Origin: Epithemia pelagica
Taxonomy: Eukaryota > Protista > Bacillariophyta
Direction: 5' to 3'
DNA: 64,000 nucleotides
Assembly (NCBI GenBank): GCA_946965045.2
Contig: OX337230.1
Coordinates: forward strand, 1,736,001 to 1,800,000
Below are positions 44,400-54,517 of the stretch, piece by piece. Both the position numbers and the translations under genes were made by a program. Each line of letters opens with the position of its first letter. Position 1 is the first letter of the stretch. The notes beneath the pieces are model-generated. The model saw only the letters and a program-made list of their open reading frames with translations, did no database searches and was not told the origin of the DNA.

Positions 44400-47300
44400 A
44401 TGGTTGTGGTCGGTGTCCCAGCAGCCACAATGACGTCGTCGAATTCATCCACATCGCTTTCCATGGTGCCTAGTCCACCACCGTCCGAGGGCATTACGCC
44501 ACTTATTGTGACAGAGACGGCGGGTGGCACTCCAACCTACGCGACGACGACCACCACGACAAACCATGCGTCTCCTCGCAACAGCAACAGCAACAACAAC
44601 AACCACTCCGGAACTCCCTCGGCTTGCGCACAAGACCAACAAGTGGACTTTGTGGGAAGTAGTGCAGCTGTCAAAGACCTCTTTTCCTTGCCCTATACAT
44701 CCGACAACGACTGTTCCTTGAGTGTGGCCATTCACAATGTCCAAGGAACATTGGTGGTGGATCGAGACCCACAACCAGACCAAGGAAAGGGTTGGTGCGA
44801 ACAACCCACCAAGATTCGCTTTCCCCAAAGCGAATCGAAGCCGACCATGTCGCTGCCCGAACAACATGAAAACAGCAACAACAACCAACAACAACAAGAA
44901 GACACGGAAATTTCGGAAGCGGACGACGACTTTGGTCAGGCACTTGTGGCGTTTTCGAGTTTGGACCAGCTGGCAATGAAAGCCAGTGGTGGCACCACGG
45001 CTCCCACGAGCCCGAGTTCGACGCAAAGTAGCAGTGACGTGTTAACGGTCGTCAACTCGTTTGTGGGAGCCATGGAGTCCCTGAAACAACAACCACTACA
45101 ACCACAACAACATCCAACGAGACGACGTGGGTCGCATTCGACGTTGGAACGTGACACTGTTGCCACACTCCACCACCGACCGCAGACTCGTCTACCACAA
45201 CAGGAAGGCAGTCCGGAACATGATGAGGCTCGAAATCATGCCCTTGGACTTCCCAGACCCGAAGATTATGTTCATCAGCATATTCCACCAACACCCGAAC
45301 CACGTGAATACTTATCGTGGAAGTTTCATGACATGAGATTGTGGGTTGGTTCCGATGCGCTCATTCTCCGAGGTGGTGGTGGAGGAGGGGGAGGAACGGG
45401 CGAGGACACTAGCAACACGAGTAGTAGTACCAGTAACAGCAGCAGCAATGACGAGGACAAGAACAGAGAACTGTGCTTGACCGTACGAGTCGAGGATGCG
45501 AATGAAATGCAAGCATTGGTCAAGAGACATGACTGGGCAGTTCAGACAGGAGCGTTTCTTCCCGATCATCAACGATCCTTTCTGCAGCAACGCGGCAAGC
45601 CTTCGTATGCAGCCGCTACCATCAAAAATACAAAGTCCCGAAAACTGATTGAGGCCCCAACGGCGCAGGAGGATGACAAACAGTCCTTGGAAGCACAATA
45701 CATGACAACATCCCACATCTCAGACGAAACGACGACAGATCCCTCTGTCGAGGAGGAGAAAACGGTTGGATTTTCAGCTCCCAATCTCGATGAAGTCAAA
45801 CTTCAAACGTGCATTGTCCCTTCCTTGACCATTCCGGCCCATGGCTTTCTAGAACCCAGTCCAACGAATCCATCACCGATTCATTTGCAGGAAAAACAAA
45901 ATACAGACGTTCGACCAGCAGTAGTGTCTCCCGTGTCAACAGTTCTCGACGCCTATCTGGACAATATCATGGCAAATGTCCCCCAACTGGCCTTGTGCTT
46001 ACGAGAGAAAGGATTTATTCAAAGTGTGAAGCTGCTGGAGACGGAGAATATTCCATCAGCCTTTCTTCATCCATCCACCATGGATACATCAACACCCTTT
46101 GGGGTGGCACGAGATGAAGCCGACAAGGTGTTTTCTCCTCAGGTAATGGAAATGAACGCCGCAGCTCTCTTAAAGTTTCTCAAGTTGAACTGCACAAAAG
46201 ACAATGCAACCTACCTCCTCCGACGAGAAAATGGTCAAACGAACATTCATCTGTACGACATTTCATCCATATCTGCAATGAAACAAAGAAAATGGATATG
46301 GTGGCTGGCCATGATGTCTTGCCGGTTTGCACATCGGCTTCGTAATATCTCTGTACATACAGAGGACACGGGCATGAGGCGATCGTTTCGGCATCGTGAA
46401 CGGGCACTCTTACACAATGCTCTTGAGTTGTTGGAAGTCCTTTTGGATATGGATGGTTCGACACACGAAAGCATGGCTGCAGGCGTTCGCGAGAACCTTG
46501 CCGATACCTTTCTACGCGGAGACGATTCTGGAACAACCCTTGTTCCCACTAAAGAGTCGACGACGACAACTCCTGAGCCAGCACAATCCTCTCCAGAACC
46601 AGCGACGTCTCTCTCATCGTCGCAACATCCATATGCCACTTTAACGGTAGATGCTTTGAATAAGGCCCACGATCATCTGTCGCTTGCGATCAAGACCTTG
46701 TTTCCCTGTTTGGAAAGCAAAATATCATCGCAACGGGATCGCTCCGGAGAATCCTCACCGCCTGTGCGGGTATCCTCCATTGATGGAACATCCAGTGACG
46801 AATCCGATGAGGAAAATGACAATTCTGAGTCGGGTAGCCTGAACAGTCTGGAAGTCATTGCAACGGCAACTCAGCTCTTTGGTTTGCACGAAAAGATTAT
46901 TAACGTTTCACTGCGACTGGCGGAAATCCATTTACGCAACTATTATTCCTCGAGCGCGATGCAGGCCCTCCGATCAGCAGCAAGACGGATCGCTGATGCT
47001 CTGGGTATCCTGAACGTTTTGTCGTTCGTGGATGCAAACAAGGAGCGTGATAATGCCTGGTTCAGGCATGTGCAAACGCAGTATGTTTGGCTTTGGGAGC
47101 ATTGTGGTCACTTTGCCAGGTCTTTTGCGGGCGATGGATTGTGGAGAGATCGTGGACATGCCGCGGCAGATGACATTCTGATTGTTTTGCTTGATGCTGA
47201 ATCTGCGTTTTCGGAACATAGATTTTTCGAAGTCAAAGGTTCTACTATTAACCTGAGACTCTTCTTGAAACCCAATCCACTTTCTGTCAAGACGAACAAT

Positions 47301-48677
47301 TCTGTCAACTTGAGTTCTTTGAGTGGAATTGTGCAAACCACGGAAGTCAATATCCATTCTCAATCAGACGATGCCGGGATAACGGAAGCGAGAGAAACAA
47401 TGCGAAGGCAGAAATTTCTTGTGCGTGAGGAACGAAAAGTAATCATCGCGGCATGCCTAGCCTATCAACGTGCTGTTGATGCCTTGAAGCACCTCACAAA
47501 CACAGACTCTCGGCTTTTGGACAAGTCGTTTTTAAGTGTGTTGCAACAGCGTCTGGGAGATTCATGCAATGAAGCCGGGAAAATTCTCCTAGACGAGTTA
47601 AGGACGCAACTATCACAACGGAACGATGAATCACCCTCGGACGAAGCTGCGAAGGCACTTCTATCTTCGGCTGAATTCTGGTTTCTGGAAGCCTTGAACG
47701 CATTTCAGGAACCAGGCGATTTGAGAAATCTTGTCTTGTTGCGATGCAACCTCTGCCAATGTTTCAAATTACGTGCAAACGCCGTCTTTTCAACAGGTGT
47801 CTCTGCATCGGACCAATCATCTCATGCAGAGAGCTGTCTACAGGAAGCTTCGAATCATCTTGAACGAGCTCACGAAGCGCTTGGAGAGAGGGCAACGGAC
47901 GCTATGCTTTGGGATATGGTGAGCGCTGAACTCGCGGCAACATTTCTTGTCCTTGGCGTGCGTCGGCGGCAATCGTTGATCGGTTCTGGCAATACGCCCA
48001 TGATATCACAATCGCATCGACTTTCCCCCGGGCAAGAAAGGTCTATCGTCGAGCCAATGGATCGTGCGCTCAAAATTTACGAGAACAGTGGCAATCTGCA
48101 CCAAGCTGCCGCAGCGCATTATCAGCTAGCTTTGTTCTATTCAAAGGTCTGGACATGCCAAAGGGACGAAACAAAGACCAGGGAGAAACTCGCAGCAGCA
48201 TTCACGCACTACAGCGCAGCGCACGCATTTTTCAGCCAAGCGGTCGAAGGAAATGAGCTTACACTTTGTCTAGTTTGCTTGGATCTGTCGAATCTGTACT
48301 CATCGGTTCAAGGTGAAGAAGGAAATGCCAAGGCTCTGTTTTGTTGTCTGGATACCATGTGCGCTTTGTCTGGTTTGGTACAAGAGAAAACACCCGAGCG
48401 AGTTTCGAGGACGGATGACTGGTATTGCCAAATGGAAACAGTGGTATCGTCTGTTGAAGAGCGAGTGTTCAAATTGTTGCGGAGCCTAGTCAAGCTGTAT
48501 GATGATGGTGAAACCAGAATTCCATACAAGGACGTATACCGGTCCTCACTAAGAGCTAAAATGATGACGACAAAACCGGAATCGACTGGACAACAACTTG
48601 TTCTTGATCGTTTGGCCAACGTGTACAAGATTTTAGAGGCCACCGATGAAGGAATATCACAGCTCGGTCTAAAGTAA
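44400..48677 (+). CDS. EDRF1: Erythroid differentiation-related factor 1 (EDRF1)-like protein
   Basis: VDFVGS..VKDLFSLPY, YLDNIMANVPQLALC..KGFIQSVKLLETENIP, MEMNAAALLKFLK.NC......Y.L.R...LYD, and a TPR-like C-terminus. First ATG at 44400; the frame is open from 44283. Confidence 0.75.
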   Translation: MVVVGVPAATMTSSNSSTSLSMVPSPPPSEGITPLIVTETAGGTPTYATTTTTTNHASPRNSNSNNNNHSGTPSACAQDQQVDFVGSSAAVKDLFSLPYTSDNDCSLSVAIHNVQGTLVVDRDPQPDQGKGWCEQPTKIRFPQSESKPTMSLPEQHENSNNNQQQQEDTEISEADDDFGQALVAFSSLDQLAMKASGGTTAPTSPSSTQSSSDVLTVVNSFVGAMESLKQQPLQPQQHPTRRRGSHSTLERDTVATLHHRPQTRLPQQEGSPEHDEARNHALGLPRPEDYVHQHIPPTPEPREYLSWKFHDMRLWVGSDALILRGGGGGGGGTGEDTSNTSSSTSNSSSNDEDKNRELCLTVRVEDANEMQALVKRHDWAVQTGAFLPDHQRSFLQQRGKPSYAAATIKNTKSRKLIEAPTAQEDDKQSLEAQYMTTSHISDETTTDPSVEEEKTVGFSAPNLDEVKLQTCIVPSLTIPAHGFLEPSPTNPSPIHLQEKQNTDVRPAVVSPVSTVLDAYLDNIMANVPQLALCLREKGFIQSVKLLETENIPSAFLHPSTMDTSTPFGVARDEADKVFSPQVMEMNAAALLKFLKLNCTKDNATYLLRRENGQTNIHLYDISSISAMKQRKWIWWLAMMSCRFAHRLRNISVHTEDTGMRRSFRHRERALLHNALELLEVLLDMDGSTHESMAAGVRENLADTFLRGDDSGTTLVPTKESTTTTPEPAQSSPEPATSLSSSQHPYATLTVDALNKAHDHLSLAIKTLFPCLESKISSQRDRSGESSPPVRVSSIDGTSSDESDEENDNSESGSLNSLEVIATATQLFGLHEKIINVSLRLAEIHLRNYYSSSAMQALRSAARRIADALGILNVLSFVDANKERDNAWFRHVQTQYVWLWEHCGHFARSFAGDGLWRDRGHAAADDILIVLLDAESAFSEHRFFEVKGSTINLRLFLKPNPLSVKTNNSVNLSSLSGIVQTTEVNIHSQSDDAGITEARETMRRQKFLVREERKVIIAACLAYQRAVDALKHLTNTDSRLLDKSFLSVLQQRLGDSCNEAGKILLDELRTQLSQRNDESPSDEAAKALLSSAEFWFLEALNAFQEPGDLRNLVLLRCNLCQCFKLRANAVFSTGVSASDQSSHAESCLQEASNHLERAHEALGERATDAMLWDMVSAELAATFLVLGVRRRQSLIGSGNTPMISQSHRLSPGQERSIVEPMDRALKIYENSGNLHQAAAAHYQLALFYSKVWTCQRDETKTREKLAAAFTHYSAAHAFFSQAVEGNELTLCLVCLDLSNLYSSVQGEEGNAKALFCCLDTMCALSGLVQEKTPERVSRTDDWYCQMETVVSSVEERVFKLLRSLVKLYDDGETRIPYKDVYRSSLRAKMMTTKPESTGQQLVLDRLANVYKILEATDEGISQLGLK

Positions 48678-48702
48678 CTTGCACGTCGGATCTCTTCAAG
48701 TG

Positions 48703-49359
48703 CTAAGTCGTCATTTGAAAGATGTAATTGGTGTATATGACTTCGTGAATGGTCCAAAAGCCTTGTCGAGGAGGTCGTCGCTCTTTTACCATTGTCCAGA
48801 GGAAGCGTCTCGGAGTCGTGTCACCGGAATCACCTTCAGGAGTGTCTGAAGATGATTGTTTGGCATCCATGAGGATGGTTTGCATGGCACCGCGAGTGGG
48901 CGTCCCTTGTATTTCTGGACCGACACTCACAATTTCATATTCGGAACAATGCACCAAGTACCCGAATATTGGGTTATTTGCGTATTGATTGAATTCATCA
49001 AGAGACCCACCCAAGGCAGCTCTACATCGATCGGATGCAAAATTGAAGCATACTTCCAGGCCAGCGTCACGATGATCCAACAATGTTTTCATACATGCAT
49101 GGACGACTTCAACAGCTTCAAGATCAGGACCTGGTTGCGGCAAGAAGTCGTCGTACTCTATTACTGTTGTCGTTCCTCGCCGAGGACTTTTCGAGAGACA
49201 CGGACCAGGCATTGGTGAAAGTCTTCGCCAAGGTGGAGCAATCAAAGCCGTGGACCAAGTTTGCAGTGGGAAGAACTCTGCCGATGTGCGGGACAAAAGT
49301 ACTGTCAGCATCACCGCAGCCCTCGTTCCGATGAGGAACGTAAACGAGGGCATTCTCAT
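48703..49359 (-). CDS. Putative plastid-targeted protein (DUF4864/NTF2-like)
   Basis: Signal peptide ending TSA-EFF, transit-like region, CFNFASDRCR and RFLWTMVKERRPPRQGFWTIHEV. Confidence 0.6.
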   Translation of the reverse strand: MRMPSFTFLIGTRAAVMLTVLLSRTSAEFFPLQTWSTALIAPPWRRLSPMPGPCLSKSPRRGTTTVIEYDDFLPQPGPDLEAVEVVHACMKTLLDHRDAGLEVCFNFASDRCRAALGGSLDEFNQYANNPIFGYLVHCSEYEIVSVGPEIQGTPTRGAMQTILMDAKQSSSDTPEGDSGDTTPRRFLWTMVKERRPPRQGFWTIHEVIYTNYIFQMTT

Positions 49360-49939
49360 GCCTTAACAATGATATTACTCTCCCTTGTTTCAGAGGAAGA
49401 CGTTCTTGGCAACAAAACTGTCAAAACTGTGTCTTCCGAAGATGACGTAAATGAACGGTGATTCTGATGGGGATGCGTATGCGTGATCCGACTTGACTCA
49501 GGTGCGACTAATATGCGAAACATACACGATCCTTGCTATGTGTGCATCGAATTGGACCACATAGTATATAGTCCGATCGTTCTTCTTCTTCTCATCGGAA
49601 TAGACGTAAACCGTATAGGGAAGAGAGGCACCGACAAAAGCATAACGGGCTCTTGAACGTCTCCTATCATAATAACTAGGTAGGATGAACAATAACCACC
49701 GGGCATAGCAAGTGTGCTTGCTTACAGTCACAATGTTGACACTGATAATTAATAATTTTCCACTGTCCACCTCCTCTTTGTTTTTCGAGAAAGCCCATTG
49801 TGTTCTCTCTCACAAACAATGCTTTGTAACGAAGACAGAGATTGGAGCAAAGTGCTCATGATTCTAACGCGCATGATTACCGAGGATTCTTCCACCCGCT
49901 CATCCTTGCAGGTTTTGTTTGGGACTCTGACCGGTAAAA

Positions 49940-51646
49940 TTAATCTGTCGTGGGTTCACCTGCTGCTGCTCCTCCTCCAACAACATAGCGCACGGTAGGT
50001 CGACCACTGCGAGCGGCAATGCTCAAAGTGTAGGCTCCCATGCAATCAAAGACCAACCAGTCCCCCACAACCAATTCCGGAAGAAGCAAATCAGGGCAAA
50101 TGACATCATAGTCCTTTCCAGAGGGACCATGCACCGTACTTGGAAGGAGGGTGTTGGAGGAGGAGGATGCCTCTGCTGTCTCTGCACTAGCCATTTTCAA
50201 CGGCGTTGGGGTAAAGGTTTCATTGCACAAGACACAGTCCTTGAAGACTCCCTGTACGCCTTGCGCAATGTAGTAATGACGACGAGCCATTGAGGTGCGA
50301 GTCGAAGTATCGATGTTATCGGTATCTCCCTCATCGTCGACTTGAATGCGATAGATGCGACTACACAAACAAAAGGCCTCCTCGACAAAATACCGCCCCG
50401 GTTCCGATATAATATGCACTGCTTGTGTAGTGTCACGTTGAGATGGGAACAATTCTTCAATCAAGGGAGTGACTGCCATGGCAATGTTGGCTGCCGTTTC
50501 TTGTGAATCCTTACTAGTTGAAGAGCCGTTTCCTGTGACTGGAGTCACCTGTTGAGTGTCTGTCATTGTGCCATTTGATTTGGAATCAAGACACCGCTTG
50601 CCAGAGAAACGACCATGACTTGCTCCAGCTCCATCCGCACCAGGATATCCACCACCAATGTCCAGAAGCCAGCATTTAGGAGGGAGAGATGTTTGTTGTA
50701 GATGCTCTGAAGGTTGCTGTTGTATGTCATCCACTACTTGCATGGCTTGACGAGCAAGCCGGATTGCCTGAACGTAGGAATCTGGATCATGATTACCGGA
50801 ACCACAATGAAAGCTCACTCCGATAATTGGCAATTGCAATTCCATAGCCAAACGAACCAAGGACGGAATCCGATCTGGAGGAGCCCCAAACTTTTCTCCC
50901 AGAGGAACGACCGAATGTTCGTCTGGTACTAGTATTCGGAGGACCAAATGAGGTGTAGCGACCAGTGATGATTTGGCTGTGTCATGTGGCCCGGATGAAT
51001 CCGAGTGCCCGAGCGTGGTTTTCTGTTCTTGTTGATGTGACCGATGAATTTTATACAATTCCTCTGGACCATCAAAAGTCAGGACGCGAACCTGATGCTT
51101 CCGTAGTGCTGTATCGAGATCATGTTCTGCCCTTTGCGGATTGGCATAGACAGCACCTCGAGATGACACGTATTGCAAGGCTAGTTCAATTTCGGGAATC
51201 GAGGCACAATCAAATCCAGCCGCTGAAACAGGTGGTGGTGTAGAGAGAGCATTCAAAGGCGCCTGTTTATTTCTTTCAAGGCCAAGGGTCAAACCCAAAA
51301 TGGCGGCCACCATTGGATCGGGGTTGCATTTGATGGCATAAAATGGTTTGATACGAGGAAACAGCTTCCTCCACGCCAAAAGCTTTTGGAAAACGACATT
51401 CAGATCACAGAGAAAGAATCCATCATCAAGTGCATCTTCGTCATATTCGCTGTAGCTCTCTTGTTCAAGCAAGCATTGAATCTGGTGCCTTGCACATTCC
51501 ACAGCACTATCGACATGTTCCGGAATTATCGTGAACGTGGAATCGGATGTTTCAGAGTCGGAAAATGAACACTTCACAGCAGCAAGAGTGTTCTCAAGGT
51601 CCCAAATTTCTTCAGGGATTGTTATGTCCACAGGCAATTTGTTCAT
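49940..51646 (-). CDS. ODC: Ornithine decarboxylase-family protein lacking the active-site Cys-Asp
   Basis: PFYAIKCNP (PLP Lys), GFDCAS, HCGSG, LDIGGGY, EPGRYF and MGAYT are present, but GPTCD is replaced by GPSGK. Confidence 0.85.
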   Translation of the reverse strand: MNKLPVDITIPEEIWDLENTLAAVKCSFSDSETSDSTFTIIPEHVDSAVECARHQIQCLLEQESYSEYDEDALDDGFFLCDLNVVFQKLLAWRKLFPRIKPFYAIKCNPDPMVAAILGLTLGLERNKQAPLNALSTPPPVSAAGFDCASIPEIELALQYVSSRGAVYANPQRAEHDLDTALRKHQVRVLTFDGPEELYKIHRSHQQEQKTTLGHSDSSGPHDTAKSSLVATPHLVLRILVPDEHSVVPLGEKFGAPPDRIPSLVRLAMELQLPIIGVSFHCGSGNHDPDSYVQAIRLARQAMQVVDDIQQQPSEHLQQTSLPPKCWLLDIGGGYPGADGAGASHGRFSGKRCLDSKSNGTMTDTQQVTPVTGNGSSTSKDSQETAANIAMAVTPLIEELFPSQRDTTQAVHIISEPGRYFVEEAFCLCSRIYRIQVDDEGDTDNIDTSTRTSMARRHYYIAQGVQGVFKDCVLCNETFTPTPLKMASAETAEASSSSNTLLPSTVHGPSGKDYDVICPDLLLPELVVGDWLVFDCMGAYTLSIAARSGRPTVRYVVGGGAAAGEPTTD

Positions 51647-51716
51647 CTTTGTTGGTCTCTATTGCGTGTTTTGATTTCGTCACTCGCTCTATTTTCTCGA
51701 AAGATATCGGCTCTTC

Positions 51717-51946
51717 TGAATAAATAATCACGGGCGCCCCCTTTGTAACCTACGAAGGGCCTCGCTACGCACCGCCTGGCATCGCCCGGCCCCTAGCTAT
51801 GTGTTCGCTAGTGGGTACCGTGGTCGCTATTTGGCCCCTACGTGAGCGATTTGCCCCCAAAGGGCACCCCTAGTTTAGTCATCATAATTTCTGATAGTTT
51901 GATTGTTGCAAGCCGTATATTGCGTCTGTCCGTCAGTTTTTATTCA
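51717..51946 (+). repeat. 5' LTR (230 bp)
   Basis: TGAATAAA...TTTATTCA with an 8-bp terminal inverted repeat; no difference from the 3' LTR found by eye. Confidence 0.97.
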
Positions 51947-51963
51947 GTTTATCAGACCCAGTG
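51947..51963 (+). promoter_or_regulatory. Putative primer-binding site, non-canonical
   Basis: GTTTATCAGACCCAGTG directly follows the LTR. It lacks the TGG start and resembles half-tRNA PBSs. Confidence 0.55.
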
Positions 51964-52441
51964 TCTGTTGTTTCCCCACTGTTCGCCGGACGGCAAGCGC
52001 CTGATCAACGCTCGGGAGTTGTTCGCGCTAAGCGGCTTCGTCACTCGCTCGCTTGCGTCATCTCTGTGACTTGTTTTGTCACTGTGGGACCCACTCGCTA
52101 ATTTGTGACTTGCGACTGCACAACGTATCGTGCACGTGCTCGTACACGTGGACCGTCCATCCACGCGCTCCGTACGACTCAATTATATAAGCCTGCTGGC
52201 TTTCGACACGTGCCTGCTTGCTCGCGGAATCGCCGGTTCGCCGACTCGCGGATTCGCCGATCGCCAGCTCGCTCGCTCGCGGAATCGCCGGACGACTACT
52301 CGCCGATTCACTCGCAGATTGTTGGCTCACAGAAATTCGCTTCTCTCATCACAATTGCAAATTTCTGCACAAGAACAAGCCTTCCCTTGCCATCCGTTTG
52401 ACCTTCTACTACCCTCCTACCCTTCATCCGACCCTTGAACC

Positions 52442-54517
52442 ATGGCCGCAAATGCCTTCCGTACTGCACTGGGCCGCTGTGGCTACGACAATGCTACCGT
52501 TGGGTACCTAACGCAACAGGGCTTCACGACAACGGATCAGTTCCTGGAGTTTCCTATCAACAAAGTCAAGCCCATGCTGAAGACATTAGCCAAGAACCTA
52601 CCTGACGGTGTCACCCTACCCTACCAATTCAACCTCAAGTTCCTTGGCTTCCGAATGTGGTTGGAATACCGTTCTGTCCGTGGTCAGGACCTTGATGCTG
52701 GTGCTTATACTGGTGACGTAATCACCAAGTGGATGAGACGCGTAACGGAACTCGCGAATGCCACCACCACTGATGGTCAGGATGACCCAGTACCACCCAA
52801 AAGGCTAACGAACCTAGCCGATTGGGAACGTCACGACGGAATGTGGCGCACGTACTTGGGTCAGCACCGTAATCCGACAACGGGAGTGCCGCTCACCTAC
52901 GTATTGCGTGAGGAGTCCGACGTACCGGACGACGCACTAACCGCCGATTACGACTGCATTGACGACGACCTAGTCGCGACCACTCGTCATGAGGGGGACC
53001 AGTACAAAGCCGACCGACGCAGAGTGTATGAGCTGTACTACCCTCTTATCTACGATGGTCGGGCATGGACGTTTGCTAAAACGCACGCGAAATCGAAGGA
53101 CGGCCGTGAGGCCTACCTAACCGTCAAGCGGCAAGCCACTGGACAGGCCGCGAGCATCCTGCGCAAGAAACAGGCTTATGCGCAGATCGCAAATGCTAAG
53201 TTTACAGGACGAGGGAAGTACCGCTTCCATGACTACATCCACCGTCACCAACATGCGCACAACACCCTGGAAGAGCTTGGCGAAACGGTCGCGGAAACGA
53301 AAAAAGTGACCGATTTCATGAATGGGATCACCGATCCGACGCTCGTCCAAGCAAAGACCGTCGTCAACGGTGACCAGGAGAAGTTGGAGAACTTCGAAGC
53401 GTGCCAGCAATACTTCTTGACTGTGCACAGCGCCGCCAAAACCGAAACGCAGGACGACTCTCGCAAGATCGCCGCTGCTAGTACCACTCCAAGTAAAGGA
53501 AAGGGCAAAGGGCGCAATCAGAAAAAGAGCAAGAAAAAGAAGGACCGCGTTCATGCTGGTCACTACGATGCCGACGAATGGGCAGACCTGACGGAGGACG
53601 AACGCAAACAAGTCCAGGCTCTTCGCAAAGAGCGCAAAGAAAAGCAGAAGCTTGGATCCGTCACCACAGACGACTCTTCCAACGCATCGTCGAAGAGATC
53701 GAAAACGTCGCATGGGAGTACTGCTGAGGACGCAATCTCAGTAGACATTGATGACGACGCTAAGCCTGAGGCTAAGACCAACGTATCGGTCATTATGGAA
53801 GTGGACGAGAACTTGCTTGACTCCTCTGTTGACAACGTACCGTCGCCAGACAAGCACTCTAAGTTCCGCGCTTCCGCCTCACCTGCAAAATCATCCGAAG
53901 ATGATTCGCAGCCGACAAAGTCCTCAGCTGGCAACAGCTTTGGACGTTTCGCGCATAAGGCTAAAGCACAACCGAACGAACCCGGATCTGCGTCCGTCAA
54001 ATCCGTACGTACTCGCCCCATGGGGGAATACGAGACCTATCCACCGATGTGGCAATGGGAAGAGGACGGACGTCCTGATATGAGTCATATGACCATCCCA
54101 CCAGTCCCGGAACACGGCGACATCTTTGTAAAGCTGCCGCTACCGGTCAAAGGCAAGTTTGCTGAAGGGCCTCGCAACGTCCGCTCACTTACCAAGCATG
54201 ACCAAAGTATGCTGAAAGGAAGCTTCCGCGAAGAGATCGACACTATTGTACACAATAGTCCAATTTGGTCTTGGCGCTGGTCTAAAATGTCAGGCTATGA
54301 ACGAGAAGAGCGCCAAATGTACCATGTGTGCAGACGCTTAGCCGAGCACACGGAAGTGTTCGACGAAGCTTTGAAATACACTATGCTTGCCAATGGACAA
54401 TTGGCTGCCGCAGAGCGAAGGCGTAATGTATGCGGTCGTTATTCCGCCGATCTTGAATTCGATGTCCGTGACCCGAATGTCTCTGACAAGTCTGCCGACA
54501 AGTCTAATTCCTCCTGA
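52442..54517 (+). CDS. gag: Copia gag with C-terminal extension
   Basis: GVPLTYVLRE, DGREAY, AYAQIANAKFTG, KKVTDFMNGI and Y..DEWADLTEDERKQV are gag motifs seen in diatom Copia elements; about 180 extra aa follow SAGNSFGR. Confidence 0.88.
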   Translation: MAANAFRTALGRCGYDNATVGYLTQQGFTTTDQFLEFPINKVKPMLKTLAKNLPDGVTLPYQFNLKFLGFRMWLEYRSVRGQDLDAGAYTGDVITKWMRRVTELANATTTDGQDDPVPPKRLTNLADWERHDGMWRTYLGQHRNPTTGVPLTYVLREESDVPDDALTADYDCIDDDLVATTRHEGDQYKADRRRVYELYYPLIYDGRAWTFAKTHAKSKDGREAYLTVKRQATGQAASILRKKQAYAQIANAKFTGRGKYRFHDYIHRHQHAHNTLEELGETVAETKKVTDFMNGITDPTLVQAKTVVNGDQEKLENFEACQQYFLTVHSAAKTETQDDSRKIAAASTTPSKGKGKGRNQKKSKKKKDRVHAGHYDADEWADLTEDERKQVQALRKERKEKQKLGSVTTDDSSNASSKRSKTSHGSTAEDAISVDIDDDAKPEAKTNVSVIMEVDENLLDSSVDNVPSPDKHSKFRASASPAKSSEDDSQPTKSSAGNSFGRFAHKAKAQPNEPGSASVKSVRTRPMGEYETYPPMWQWEEDGRPDMSHMTIPPVPEHGDIFVKLPLPVKGKFAEGPRNVRSLTKHDQSMLKGSFREEIDTIVHNSPIWSWRWSKMSGYEREERQMYHVCRRLAEHTEVFDEALKYTMLANGQLAAAERRRNVCGRYSADLEFDVRDPNVSDKSADKSNSS

